Shown here: in pieces, positions 20,449 to 30,161 of the stretch | Layout of the letters: the number at the start of each line of letters is the position of its first letter | How positions within the stretch are numbered: position 1 is the stretch's first letter | Source: Nitrososphaeria archaeon | GTDB taxonomy: Archaea > Thermoproteota > Nitrososphaeria > Geothermarchaeales > JDFR-13 | Length of the DNA: 64,000 nucleotides | Reading direction: 5' to 3' | NCBI GenBank assembly: GCA_027078545.1 | Contig: JALWXN010000004.1 | Coordinates: forward strand, 320,001 to 384,000 | Notes under the pieces: model-generated | What the model was told of the DNA's origin: nothing | Database searches by the model: none | What the model saw: the letters and a program-made list of their open reading frames with translations, nothing else | Translations under genes and position numbers: made by a program

Positions 20449-21109
20449 ACCCCACCCCTCATCTTTTTACCACTTGATTGGTAGGAATGTTGTTGAGAGG
20501 TATGGACGTTTCAGGGGGCGTGTAGTCTCCTATAAGGTCACCTCGGATGGTGAGCTGGATAAGGTCTTCATCTCGAACGACGGCTTCATAATGTATAAGA
20601 CCCCGTCCTCCCTCATCCTGGATGGGAAGGTCGTGATGATCGTCCCCCCGCCCATTAAGAGGGCGAGGGAGGTCTTGGATGAGCTTGAATACATATATCT
20701 CCAGATGAAGACCCTCAACAACATCTTCTCCATAGACTCCCGCTGGGGGTATGTGGAGAAGTATTACCGCATGTTCAGGACCCGGTTCGAGTCACTCCTG
20801 AAGGAGGTTAACCGGGTCCTGAGGAGCCTGGAGAATAGGAGGCGTAGGCTCAACGAGTTGATAGCCGAGTATAAGGAGGGGCTCTTCACCCTCCAGCTCG
20901 CCCAGGAGTCTGGGCGGGTGGATCCAAACATCTATAAGGCATGCTACGCGGAGGTCTCTGAGGAGATCCTCCGCCTAAGCAATGAGCTTGAGGAGGTTGA
21001 GAACATCATATCCGACATCTCAACCTCCCAGAACCAGATACTCGAGATCATGAACTCGATTGAGGAGAGGTTGAAGGAGGTGGAGGGTTATGAAGTTGAG
21101 GAGGTTTAG
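20429..21109 (+). CDS. cdvA: Cell division protein CdvA
   Basis: PRC-barrel-like LIGRNV.E.YGR..G.VV followed by a long coiled coil; sits inside the cdv operon. Confidence 0.82.
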   Translation: MAASASRPHPSSFYHLIGRNVVERYGRFRGRVVSYKVTSDGELDKVFISNDGFIMYKTPSSLILDGKVVMIVPPPIKRAREVLDELEYIYLQMKTLNNIFSIDSRWGYVEKYYRMFRTRFESLLKEVNRVLRSLENRRRRLNELIAEYKEGLFTLQLAQESGRVDPNIYKACYAEVSEEILRLSNELEEVENIISDISTSQNQILEIMNSIEERLKEVEGYEVEEV

Positions 21110-21974
21110 GTTTGGGGAGATTATCCAGGTTTATGATCAGATGGGTAGGCAGCTATACGTCTACAGGGGACGCCTATCGATGGAGCTGGCCAAGGTGAAT
21201 AATAGGCTGGAGAAGCTGCAGGAGTACATGGATCTCTATAAGGAGCGTGGAGACCTTGAGATGGCGGCTATCTATGCTAGGGAGTATAAGGCCCTCTACG
21301 TTGTGAGGGAGATTCTCTGGCACATGATCCTACGCCTAGACGGTGTGATGGCTAGGATCGACACGGTTAAGAAGCTGGCCTCCGGCTTCGACGGTATGGG
21401 CGACACATTGAAGGCTGTGAGTGACGTGATTAAGGTTGCCGGCCCAGCTGTCTCGGGCTTCGAGGAGCTGGCCAGGAATCTATACACCGGCTATACTGAG
21501 CTGGTGGTAGATGCATCTGTCCCCGTGACTAACATGTATGTAGCCCCTGTGGAGGATGCTAAGGAGATCCTACGCAACATAGAGAAGGATGTTGTGAAGG
21601 AGTTGGCTAAGAAGTTCCCAAAGATCCCCAGGGATATAGAGGTGAGTCCAGAGGCGATACCAAAGCTTGTGAATAGGCTCTACGAGGCCATAGCCACGGA
21701 TGGCGGTGTGGCCGAGGTCATGGTGAAGCCGAGGGATGAGGAGGTTGTGGGTATTGTCAGGGTCTCCCTGAATAGGGAGGAGCTCTACAGGGTCTCTATG
21801 CACAGGCTGGAGAGGCTTGAGAGGGCGGTCCTCAACTACCTCCTGAAGAACTATAGGGGTGGGGAGGTTTCACTCAACCTCTTCAGGTTTGCCAGGGCCT
21901 ATAGGACCACGCCTATGAAGGTTCTTGACGCGCTATACTCCCTGAGTGAGATAGGGTTGATTAGGTTTGGGTAG
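21090..21974 (+). CDS. cdvB: ESCRT-III CdvB with C-terminal winged-helix
   Basis: A.IYAREY, L..V..RI.T core; C-term V.NYL....GE.....FA..Y......V..AL..L...GLI. Confidence 0.85.
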   Translation: MKLRRFRFGEIIQVYDQMGRQLYVYRGRLSMELAKVNNRLEKLQEYMDLYKERGDLEMAAIYAREYKALYVVREILWHMILRLDGVMARIDTVKKLASGFDGMGDTLKAVSDVIKVAGPAVSGFEELARNLYTGYTELVVDASVPVTNMYVAPVEDAKEILRNIEKDVVKELAKKFPKIPRDIEVSPEAIPKLVNRLYEAIATDGGVAEVMVKPRDEEVVGIVRVSLNREELYRVSMHRLERLERAVLNYLLKNYRGGEVSLNLFRFARAYRTTPMKVLDALYSLSEIGLIRFG

Positions 21975-21985
21975 TGTGGTGTGGC

Positions 21986-23164
21986 ATGAGGAGCCTGAGA
22001 GACCCTGAAGAGATACGGTTGATGCGGGATCAGGCGGCCCAGTACGCCAATATGGCGGTCCAGGCCGATAAGAGGGGGGTGACCTCCCTCGCCATCAGCT
22101 ACTATAACAAGGCGATCGACCTCCTCACGGAGCTCATCAATATCGAGGAGTCGCCGGAGATACGTAGGATGTATAGGAAGGCCCTTCGCCAGTATAGGGA
22201 TAGGGTTAACTATTTGAGGGGGGTCTCCTCAGGCTCCGTTAGGAATGTCTCGAGCCTCGGTGTGAGGGAGGGCGGCCCCTCTGGCCAGGAGCATGGGAAG
22301 GAGGATGTATTAGTCCCCTTCAAGTCCAGCATTACGTGGGATGAGATTATTGGTCTTGAGGAGGCTAAGAAGACTATTCGCCAGTCCATCGTATACCCTG
22401 TGAAGAGGCCCGACCTCTTCCCCCTAGGCTTCCCTAGGGCTATACTCCTCTACGGCCCGCCTGGATGTGGTAAGACCAGTATAGCGGCGGCCCTCTCCAA
22501 CGAGATCGAGGCTGAGTTCTATCCAGTCGACGCGACGATGATCATGTCTAAGTGGCTGGGTGAGAGTGAGAAGAGGGTTGCCAAGATATTCAACTATCTC
22601 AGGGAGAGGGCCCGTGAGAGGCCCGTCATCCTCTATATTGATGAGGTGGACTCGATACTCAGTGTTAGGAATAGTGAGGTGGGTGGTGAGCTCAGGGTTA
22701 GGAACCAGTTCCTCAGCGAGATGGATGGCCTTAAGACTAAGGAGATGTCTGACCTCCCACTCTTCATAGTGGCGAGTACCAATAGGCCTTGGGACCTGGA
22801 CATGGGTTTTATCAGGCGTTTCCAGAAGAGGATCTATATTCCTCCTCCTGATAAGAGGACTAGGAAGCAGCTCTTCCAATACTTCCTATCGAAGGTCTCC
22901 CACTCCGACGATATAGACCTAGACTTCCTCGCAGACTATACCCGTGACTATACCCCGAGCGATATTAGGGATGTTGTCCAGACTGCTGTCATCGAGGTTG
23001 TCTCCGAGCTCTTCGAGAGTGGCCGTGCCTCAGACCCGAATGCCAAGCCGAGGCCCCTGACGATGGATGATCTTAAGCATGCCTTGAAGAGGGTGAAGCC
23101 CAGTATATCCAGGACCCTGCTCAACGCCTATGAGCAGTGGACGAGTAGGTTCAAGAGTATATAG
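21986..23164 (+). CDS. cdvC: Vps4-like AAA ATPase CdvC
   Basis: N-terminal MIT domain, GPPGCGKT, MSKWLGESEK, IDEVD, TNRPWDLD, RRFQKR. Confidence 0.95.
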   Translation: MRSLRDPEEIRLMRDQAAQYANMAVQADKRGVTSLAISYYNKAIDLLTELINIEESPEIRRMYRKALRQYRDRVNYLRGVSSGSVRNVSSLGVREGGPSGQEHGKEDVLVPFKSSITWDEIIGLEEAKKTIRQSIVYPVKRPDLFPLGFPRAILLYGPPGCGKTSIAAALSNEIEAEFYPVDATMIMSKWLGESEKRVAKIFNYLRERARERPVILYIDEVDSILSVRNSEVGGELRVRNQFLSEMDGLKTKEMSDLPLFIVASTNRPWDLDMGFIRRFQKRIYIPPPDKRTRKQLFQYFLSKVSHSDDIDLDFLADYTRDYTPSDIRDVVQTAVIEVVSELFESGRASDPNAKPRPLTMDDLKHALKRVKPSISRTLLNAYEQWTSRFKSI

Positions 23165-23166
23165 GG

Positions 23167-24441
23167 CTAGGGGGTAACCGTCTCCGGGTCCCTCGGGTAG
23201 AGGACGACCTCCCTGATGTTCTCCGCCCCCGTTATCAGCTGTACCAATCTGTCGAGGCCTAGGCCGAACCCTGCGTGTGGGGGCATCCCGTACTGGTAGT
23301 ACCTTATGTGGTACTCGAAGCTCTCTATGTTGAGGCCCTTGTCCACTATGTTCTTCCTGAGCTCGGTGTATCTATGCTCCCTCGTCCCGCCGGAGGCTAG
23401 CTCTAGGTTGCCGTGCATGAGGTCGAAGGACTGGGTGTAGTCGCCCACCCTGTAGATGTAGAAGGGCTTGGTGTCCCATGGCCAGTCTACTATGAAGTAG
23501 AAGCCCCTATACTTCTCCGCTATTATGTTTAGTGCCTCGCTGTCGAAATCCTCACCCCATTTAAGCTCCTTCCCCCTACTCCTGACGAGCTCGAGTAGGG
23601 TGTCGTACTTCACCCTCTCTATCCTGGCTGGTGGTGCTGGTGGCTCCCTACCTATGATCCTGAAGAGCTCCTCCTCTTCCCTTATCCCCTCCAAGACGTG
23701 TCTGATGAGTCTCTCCAGTATGTCCATCGCCTCGTTATAGTCTATATAGGCTCCCTCGAAGTCTACCGAGGTGAACTCGGTGAGGTGTTTCCTGGTGTGG
23801 CTCTTCTCTGCGCGGTAGAACTGGGCTATCTCGAATACGTAGGTCAGCCCCATAACCGCCTGCTCCTTGTATAGCTGTGGGCTCTGGGCTAGGTATGCCT
23901 GCCTCCCGAAGTAGTCTACCTTGAAGAGCTCCGCCCCACCTTCTGAGGCAGTGGCTATAATCTTGGGTGTGTCTATCTCCACCGCCCCTATGCTGTAGAA
24001 GTAGTCTCGTATAAGTCTCTTAACCTTGGCCCTTATCCTGAAGATCGCGTTTATCCTCTCTATCCGGAGGCTCAGCGGCCTATACTCTATCAGTGTTGGT
24101 AGGCTGGCCGGTGTCCTGCCTGTAGGGTCTATGGGTAGTGGGTGGTTGGCCTGGGAGACTAGGAAGTATTTGGAGGGTATCACCTCGTACGTGTCTTTAT
24201 ACCTGTTCACCCTCCCGACAACGCTTATCACGCTCTGCCTCTGGGTGGCTAGGGCCCTGTTATAGATGCTCGGGTTCCCATCCTTCTTTATCGTTAGCTG
24301 CACCCTACCCCATCCATCCCTAAGTGTTATGAACATTATGTTTCCGAGGATACGCTTATCCTCCACCCATCCATAGAGCTTGACCTCTCTACCCTCATAC
24401 TTGGGGATGTCGACCGTCCTAATCTTCTCTGGCTGTGTCAT
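23167..24441 (-). CDS. aspS: Aspartyl-tRNA synthetase (archaeal type)
   Basis: OB fold GWV...LRDG, LAQSPQLYK, RAEKSHTRKHL.EF, YGMPPHAGFGLG.DR. Confidence 0.93.
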   Translation of the reverse strand: MTQPEKIRTVDIPKYEGREVKLYGWVEDKRILGNIMFITLRDGWGRVQLTIKKDGNPSIYNRALATQRQSVISVVGRVNRYKDTYEVIPSKYFLVSQANHPLPIDPTGRTPASLPTLIEYRPLSLRIERINAIFRIRAKVKRLIRDYFYSIGAVEIDTPKIIATASEGGAELFKVDYFGRQAYLAQSPQLYKEQAVMGLTYVFEIAQFYRAEKSHTRKHLTEFTSVDFEGAYIDYNEAMDILERLIRHVLEGIREEEELFRIIGREPPAPPARIERVKYDTLLELVRSRGKELKWGEDFDSEALNIIAEKYRGFYFIVDWPWDTKPFYIYRVGDYTQSFDLMHGNLELASGGTREHRYTELRKNIVDKGLNIESFEYHIRYYQYGMPPHAGFGLGLDRLVQLITGAENIREVVLYPRDPETVTP

Positions 24442-24557
24442 ACCAATCCTATTGTTGGGTATTGGTTATATTGGTTTTGGTCCCCCCTTATATAGCCGGT
24501 GAAGAGTATCTGTTAATTCAACGTGGCCCCGGTGAATGGGTCTGTGGGGTGTATATA

Positions 24558-25685
24558 ATGTTCCTGTTGGAGCATGAGGGGAAGGAGATACTGAGGAGGT
24601 ATGGGGTTAGGACTCCTAGGGGTGTAGTGGTTACTAGGGATGATCTTGATAGGCTTGATAGCATGGTGGAGGAGTATCCCGTCATCGTGAAGGCCCAGTT
24701 CCTATTCGGTGGTAGGGGGAAGGCTGGGGCTGTGAAGAAGGCTGACAACCCCAAGGAGCTCCGAGAGGTTGTTGAGAAGCTCTTCCAGCTCGAGGTGAGG
24801 GGGGCTACGCCTGAGCGCCTATTGATCGAGGAGTTCGTCCCCCATGAGGAGGAATACTACATAAGTATCATGGCCTCTAAGTCGGATAAGTCCCTCCTCC
24901 TCCTAGCCTCTAGGTATGGAGGTGTAGATGTGGAGGAGCTGGCCCGTATGGGGAGGCATATACTAAGGATCTCCCTATCCCCTGACGAGGCCCCCATGGA
25001 TAACGTGTATAGGGCGGTGGCAAAGACCTTCTTCGGCTCCGTCGACAGGGATCTCGTATCCAAGGTTGCCGGGCTTGTTAAGCCACTCTTCGACGCTGTC
25101 CTGGGTGAGGATCTCCTACTCGTGGAGATAAATCCCCTCGTATTCCTGGGCGACGGCTTCATGGCCCTGGACGCGAAGGTAATCATTGATGACAACGCTG
25201 GTTTCAGGAGGGATGTAACGGGCTTCTACGAGTATAACAGGTCGATGACGGAGGGTGAGAGGATAGCCCGTGAGACGGGCTTCGCATATGTGCCGTTGAA
25301 GGGTGATATAGCCGTTATAGGTAATGGCGCGGGCCTAGTCATGGCCACTCTGGACCTGGTGAAGTATTATGGTGGTGAGCCGGCCTGCTTCCTAGACGTT
25401 GGTGGAGGGGCCTCTGCCGATAGGATTGCGAAGGCCCTGGAGGTTGTGTATAGGGAGGTCTCCCCCAAGAGGATATTCATCAACATATTTGCTGGCATAA
25501 CGAGGTGTGACGAGGTGGCTAAGGGTATTGTGGAGGCTGTGGATAGGGTTGGCATACCCCCGGAGATGTTCGTCATCAGGCTTGTGGGGACGTTGGAGGA
25601 TGTCGGCAGGGAGATCCTGGAGTCCCGTGGGTTCCGCGTCTATAAGGATATGGATGAGGCGGCTAAGGAGGTGGTGAAGATATGA
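24558..25685 (+). CDS. sucC: Succinyl-CoA synthetase beta subunit
   Basis: L.EHEGK, GGRGKAG, EINPL, GNGAGL.MAT.D, GITRCD; true start at ATG 24558. Confidence 0.93.
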   Translation: MFLLEHEGKEILRRYGVRTPRGVVVTRDDLDRLDSMVEEYPVIVKAQFLFGGRGKAGAVKKADNPKELREVVEKLFQLEVRGATPERLLIEEFVPHEEEYYISIMASKSDKSLLLLASRYGGVDVEELARMGRHILRISLSPDEAPMDNVYRAVAKTFFGSVDRDLVSKVAGLVKPLFDAVLGEDLLLVEINPLVFLGDGFMALDAKVIIDDNAGFRRDVTGFYEYNRSMTEGERIARETGFAYVPLKGDIAVIGNGAGLVMATLDLVKYYGGEPACFLDVGGGASADRIAKALEVVYREVSPKRIFINIFAGITRCDEVAKGIVEAVDRVGIPPEMFVIRLVGTLEDVGREILESRGFRVYKDMDEAAKEVVKI

Positions 25686-26566
25686 TCCTGCCAGGCATAA
25701 TAGATAGGGAGGTTAGGCTCCTGGTACAGGGGATCACTGGGAGGCAGGGACGGTTCCACACTGAGCAGATGCTTAAGTACGGCACGAAGGTAGTGGCTGG
25801 CGTTACTCCTGGAAAGGGTGGCCAGGAGGTGCATGGCGTACCTGTATATGACACTGTGGAGGAGGCTGTTAGGGAGGCTGATCCAACAGCATCGATCATA
25901 TTTGTACCGGCCCCATATGCCCTCGACGCAGCTGCCGAGTCTATCCTGAATGGCCTGAGCCCAGTAGTCGTGATAACGGAGGGTATCCCGGCGCTGGACA
26001 CTCTAAGGATGGTCTCCATGGCTAGTAGGAGGGGGGTGAGGATCATAGGGCCTAACACGCCGGGGGTCATCATCCCGGGCTATACAAAGATCGGTATCAT
26101 GCCTAACCAGTACTTCTCGGAGGGCCGCGTAGCGATAGTCTCGAGGAGTGGGACGCTTACATATGAGATTTCTAAGCAGCTCCTTGATAGGGGGCTGGGC
26201 CAGAGGATAGTCGTGGGTGTGGGTGGTGACTACGTGATTGGGACGAGCTTCGTCGATGTGTTGAGGGCTCTCAAGGATGATGAGAGGACTGATGCTGTGG
26301 TCATAATCGGTGAGATCGGTGGTGATGATGAGGAGAGGGCTGCCCGATACATTAGGGAGAGCGGCTTCGACAAGCCTGTCGTCGCCTATATAGCTGGTAG
26401 GACCGCCCCTGAGGGTAAGAGGATGGGGCATGCGGGGGCTATAGTCTCTGAGGGCTCTGGCACGGCTGAGTCGAAGATACAGAGTTTTAAGGATGTGGGG
26501 GCATATATAGCGTATAGGCCTTCGGAGGTTGCCCAGATAGTGGCGGAGGTGCTAGGTGTTGAGTGA
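25682..26566 (+). CDS. sucD: Succinyl-CoA synthetase alpha subunit
   Basis: [30 protein letters not shown]. Confidence 0.95.
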   Translation: MILPGIIDREVRLLVQGITGRQGRFHTEQMLKYGTKVVAGVTPGKGGQEVHGVPVYDTVEEAVREADPTASIIFVPAPYALDAAAESILNGLSPVVVITEGIPALDTLRMVSMASRRGVRIIGPNTPGVIIPGYTKIGIMPNQYFSEGRVAIVSRSGTLTYEISKQLLDRGLGQRIVVGVGGDYVIGTSFVDVLRALKDDERTDAVVIIGEIGGDDEERAARYIRESGFDKPVVAYIAGRTAPEGKRMGHAGAIVSEGSGTAESKIQSFKDVGAYIAYRPSEVAQIVAEVLGVE

Positions 26567-26729
26567 GGACGTCGCCATAGATAAGAGGGCCTTGGCCCAG
26601 AGGTATAGGCTATACTACAAGATATGCCGTAACTGTGGCGCTAGGAACCCGCCGAGCGCGGTGAAATGTAGGAAGTGTAAGAGTAAGAATCTGAGATGGA
26701 AGAAGAGGATGAAGGGTATGAAGAAGTAG
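26559..26729 (+). CDS. rpl40e: 50S ribosomal protein L40e (56 aa, not in ORF track)
   Basis: Manual translation: [56 protein letters not shown]; TTG start with GGAGGTG SD. Confidence 0.93.
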   Translation: MSEDVAIDKRALAQRYRLYYKICRNCGARNPPSAVKCRKCKSKNLRWKKRMKGMKK

Positions 26730-26731
26730 CT

Positions 26732-26807
26732 TGGTGGGCCCGCCCGGACTCGAACCGGGGACCTCCGGCGTGTGAGGCCGGCGTCATAGCCTCTAGACCA
26801 CGGGCCC
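26732..26807 (-). tRNA. tRNA-Val(CAC), CCA encoded
   Basis: GGGCCCG acceptor stem, CCGGC-CT-CAC-AC-GCCGG arm, GTTCGAGTC T loop, ACCA end. Confidence 0.96.
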
Positions 26808-26868
26808 ACTCGACACTATATATTTTTCTATCCCGGGGGATGATTTAAGCCTTTACAGTGGATTGGGG

Positions 26869-27426
26869 ATGAGGCTGGGTATTACTGGCACGCCTGGCAC
26901 TGGTAAGACAACGATATCGAGGCTGCTTGGCGAGGCATTGGGGCTCCCAGTCATCCATCTAGACGACGTCATTATTAGGGAGGGGCTTGTAGAGGGGTTT
27001 GACGAGAGGCGTGGGAGCCTCGTAGCTGATGTGGAGCGGGTTACAGAGGCCGCCCCTAGACTAGTCAGTGTCGACGGTGTGTATGAGGGCCTATCAATAA
27101 TCTATATAGAGGATCCAAGCGTCTTCGACTGGATTGTTGTCCTTAGGTGTAGCCCCTACGTCTTGGAGGAGCGGCTTAGGGCGAAGGGCTTCCCCGAGGA
27201 GAAGGTTAGGGAGAACGTTGAGGCTGAGATCCTGGATATAGTCTATTCCGAGGCACTCAGGATATATGGTGGGAAGGTTCTCCAGGTAGATAATACCGGG
27301 GATCCCCGTGAGACTGTGGAGCGGATCATGGATAAGCTGGGTAGGGGTGACGCTAGGTGCGACTCTGTGGACTGGCTGGGCCTGATATATGAGAGGGGTG
27401 ATTTCCAACGCTTCTTCCGTGGCTAG
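26869..27426 (+). CDS. AK6/Fap7-type adenylate kinase
   Basis: ITGTPGTGKTT, VLRC.P..L..RL..KG....KV.EN.EAE. Confidence 0.9.
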   Translation: MRLGITGTPGTGKTTISRLLGEALGLPVIHLDDVIIREGLVEGFDERRGSLVADVERVTEAAPRLVSVDGVYEGLSIIYIEDPSVFDWIVVLRCSPYVLEERLRAKGFPEEKVRENVEAEILDIVYSEALRIYGGKVLQVDNTGDPRETVERIMDKLGRGDARCDSVDWLGLIYERGDFQRFFRG

Positions 27427-28919
27427 GCGTTGGGCTCTATCCTGACAGGGAATGGTAGTGGGTTCCTACTATCCTTTACCAGTGCCTCCCCAACGCCTAG
27501 CTGCTTCACATACTCTATCTGCTCCTCATTCATAGAGACGATGTTCCTGATGTATGTCAGGTCCTCCCACCCTGTTAGGCGGTGGATTATGACTAGCCCT
27601 GCGTTCTTCAGTGGGGCCTTCGCTATCTGGGAGGGGAACTGGGTTATAATTGCTATGGCCTCCCCGAACTTACGTATCTCATCCATGATCTTCTCCGCCA
27701 CTGTTGGTGGGTCGTACTCTCTACGGGCTGGTATTAGGTAGCGGGCCTCCTCGAGTACTGTTACGTGGCTTAGGCTCTTCATACCGCTGAGCCTCTGGTG
27801 GTTAAAGAGCCTCTTGAGTAGTATGTATCCGAATATCTTCCTGAGGTTAACCTCGTGTATATGTCCAAGCTCTATCACGGTGTTCCTCTGGACTATATCC
27901 TCTATCCTTATGGTCTCCCCCTGGCCGAATATCTTGGCTCCTTGGCCCGCCACTAGTTGTTTCAGCCTCCTGAGTAGGGCTGCCTTGGTCTCGTGCTCGC
28001 TATAGGATTTTATGGGGAACTGTTCTATGATGCTTATCAATGCCCTTATGTTGGGCTCCTTCTCGCCTACTAGGTGGTATCTCGAGTATGTCGCCTCTAG
28101 TGCGGTCTTGAAGAAGTATTGCTGTGGATGGGTGAATCCGTAGACCTCGCTGAATATGTCGGTGATTATGGATGCGCTGTCCTCTATGTCCCCCTCATCC
28201 TTTATGGGGTTGAGCACCGCCTCCCCTAGTCCAGGCCTTATGACTAGGTCTAAGTTCTTGAGCTTCGATGCATACTCGTTGTGGTAGTCTAGGACTAGGT
28301 ATGGGGTGTCCCTTGGGAGCTGGTTGAGTATGGTGGCTATCGTGGTGGTCTTGCCCATCCCTGTGGAGCCTATGCATGCTATGTGGCTGGATAGCTGGTC
28401 TATGGGTATTACGTAGTCCTCACCCGTGTCTACCAGTCTGCCCAGCCTTATAGTAGCCTTACCAGGCCTGCTCTGGACGGGTAGTTTGAATAGTCCCCTA
28501 GGCTTGACCAGCTGTAGGTCTCCCCCGGACTCGAACCTTATGTAGTGCTCCCCCCTACCACCATTCCTCAGTCTCCACCTGTATATCGTCGATATCTCTC
28601 CATCACCTACTAGCTCCACCTCGTAGTCTGGGAATGCTGTTAGGACTATATTCCTTATTGCCTGTGCCTTTGAGAGGGCGGCCTCCCTAGAATCTCCCCT
28701 GGTGACTATGTATAGGCCTTCGTGCCTCCCGTCGACGTAGTGTATTATCTGTACTGGTATGTGGAGGTTCTTGAAGGCCTTGATCATGTTCCTATAGGCT
28801 GTGACGTGTTGATAGGCCTTCACCCTCCCCTCATCTATCTCTGGGCTGCTCCCCAGTATCTTCACCCCGGCCATATACTCCCTCTTCGACCCGTTTAGCC
28901 TAGGGATTAGCCTCTTCAT
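27423..28919 (-). CDS. HerA/FtsK/VirB4-superfamily ATPase
   Basis: H..C.GSTGMGKT, LDYHNEY, VLEEA, EIRKFG, TQ.P; non-HAS N-terminus. Confidence 0.88.
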   Translation of the reverse strand: MKRLIPRLNGSKREYMAGVKILGSSPEIDEGRVKAYQHVTAYRNMIKAFKNLHIPVQIIHYVDGRHEGLYIVTRGDSREAALSKAQAIRNIVLTAFPDYEVELVGDGEISTIYRWRLRNGGRGEHYIRFESGGDLQLVKPRGLFKLPVQSRPGKATIRLGRLVDTGEDYVIPIDQLSSHIACIGSTGMGKTTTIATILNQLPRDTPYLVLDYHNEYASKLKNLDLVIRPGLGEAVLNPIKDEGDIEDSASIITDIFSEVYGFTHPQQYFFKTALEATYSRYHLVGEKEPNIRALISIIEQFPIKSYSEHETKAALLRRLKQLVAGQGAKIFGQGETIRIEDIVQRNTVIELGHIHEVNLRKIFGYILLKRLFNHQRLSGMKSLSHVTVLEEARYLIPARREYDPPTVAEKIMDEIRKFGEAIAIITQFPSQIAKAPLKNAGLVIIHRLTGWEDLTYIRNIVSMNEEQIEYVKQLGVGEALVKDSRNPLPFPVRIEPNA

Positions 28920-28933
28920 CTATCCTGTCCCCT

Positions 28934-29113
28934 CTATAGGAATGGGAATAGTGTGTCCCACCACCACTGTACCGCGTCGAAGAAGGTCTGGATAGCCTCC
29001 TGGATCTTCTCGTAGATCATGTTGGCTGCCCCCATAGCTATCCCGATCCCTAGCAGGGCCACTATGATTAGTAGGCCCTCCTCGATGATCTGGGCTCCAC
29101 GCCTCCTCCTCAT
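28934..29113 (-). CDS. Small Flp-like class III pilin (59 aa, not in ORF track)
   Basis: Manual translation: MRRRRG|AQIIEEGLLIIVALLGIGIAMGAANMIYEKIQEAIQTFFDAVQWWWDTLFPFL. Confidence 0.8.
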   Translation of the reverse strand: MRRRRGAQIIEEGLLIIVALLGIGIAMGAANMIYEKIQEAIQTFFDAVQWWWDTLFPFL

Positions 29114-29186
29114 GGTGCATCCCCATCCATTAGGGGTTGTGGCAGTGTTAAAGGTGGTGGAGAGGGTTGTGAAACTATTCCCACCA

Positions 29187-29693
29187 CTATCCCAGTAGTG
29201 GTCTTGTGAATCCGGTTCCCAGGATGGTTGCGAATATGTATATCACTATGTTCCTGAGTAGACCTCTCCTGTCTGGGCCGTGGAAGATCCATGTGATTAG
29301 TGCTGTCTGTAGTAGGCCGAAGAGCCTGTATATCAGTGTGTCTCCCCCTCCAAATGTTATTAAAAGGTTCTCGGTTATCGTTATCCCGCTGATAACTTCT
29401 AGGACGGGTATCGTCGCCCCGAGTGTGAAGGCCGCTGTGGCTGATAGTATAGATAGCCTCCTCATTATCTGCCGCTCCTTGTTCCTCAGCCTCCCTAGGA
29501 ACTTCTCCTGGAGTATAACCGTCTTTGTGTAGCCGCGTATAACCTCGGTCCTCCTAGATATTGCCTCTAGGTCTGTCTCCACCTCCCTATTCCTGATGTA
29601 GTTTCTCAGCCTCTCTAGCTCCCCCTCCTCGTAGAGTGCTCTGGCCACTGATCTTCCTTTGAGTATCTTGTCGAGTATCTCTATCAGCCCCAT
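29187..29693 (-). CDS. Membrane protein, probable minimal TadB/TadC-like platform
   Basis: Short helical cytoplasmic part then about 3 TMs; downstream of the secretion ATPase. Confidence 0.55.
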   Translation of the reverse strand: MGLIEILDKILKGRSVARALYEEGELERLRNYIRNREVETDLEAISRRTEVIRGYTKTVILQEKFLGRLRNKERQIMRRLSILSATAAFTLGATIPVLEVISGITITENLLITFGGGDTLIYRLFGLLQTALITWIFHGPDRRGLLRNIVIYIFATILGTGFTRPLLG

Positions 29694-30161
29694 CTACCTC
29701 GCCACCCTTGTAAGTATCCTTGTTAGTAGGGCCTGGAGTATGGGTATTGGTAAGAGTATCCAGGGGCCTAGTGGGATCGTGGCTATCAGTGCGAGGAGGG
29801 GTGGGAAGACTGTTACTGCGCTTATGAGTGCTGCCTTGACGTCCAGGTTCTCCACCTCCCTCTCCAGCCTGTCTATCTCTAGCTCAATGTCTGATGCCGC
29901 TGTCTCGACCACTATCTCAGGGTCTTCAGCAACTTCTACCCCACCTACTCTGTCTATATCCTCGAACAAGAGGTTCTTCTCCAGGTCTCCACTGGATATT
30001 AGGGCTGCTCTTAGCGGGCTACCCGAGACTATGTATTCGGATAGCTCCATGAACCTGGTGGCTATACCCGAGCCACTTAGGGCTTCCCACACCCCCCTCC
30101 CCATAGCCAGTGCCGCGGCTATGTGGCTTAGTATTAGGAGGGTTATTAGTACTGCCTCCAC
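29694..30161 (-). CDS. Membrane protein, probable minimal TadC/T2SSF-like platform
   Basis: G....EAL and SGSPL.AAL repeats, acidic helix, then TM hairpin (F.PLL); overlaps the ATPase stop. Confidence 0.6.
   Translation of the reverse strand: MEAVLITLLILSHIAAALAMGRGVWEALSGSGIATRFMELSEYIVSGSPLRAALISSGDLEKNLLFEDIDRVGGVEVAEDPEIVVETAASDIELEIDRLEREVENLDVKAALISAVTVFPPLLALIATIPLGPWILLPIPILQALLTRILTRVAR

Noticed and set aside
24435-24557. Hydrophobic N-terminal extension on SucC
   Set aside because: It is the divergent promoter region; family similarity begins at 24558
27423-28919. Canonical repair HerA
   Set aside because: No HAS-barrel-like N-terminus and no nurA/mre11/rad50 nearby
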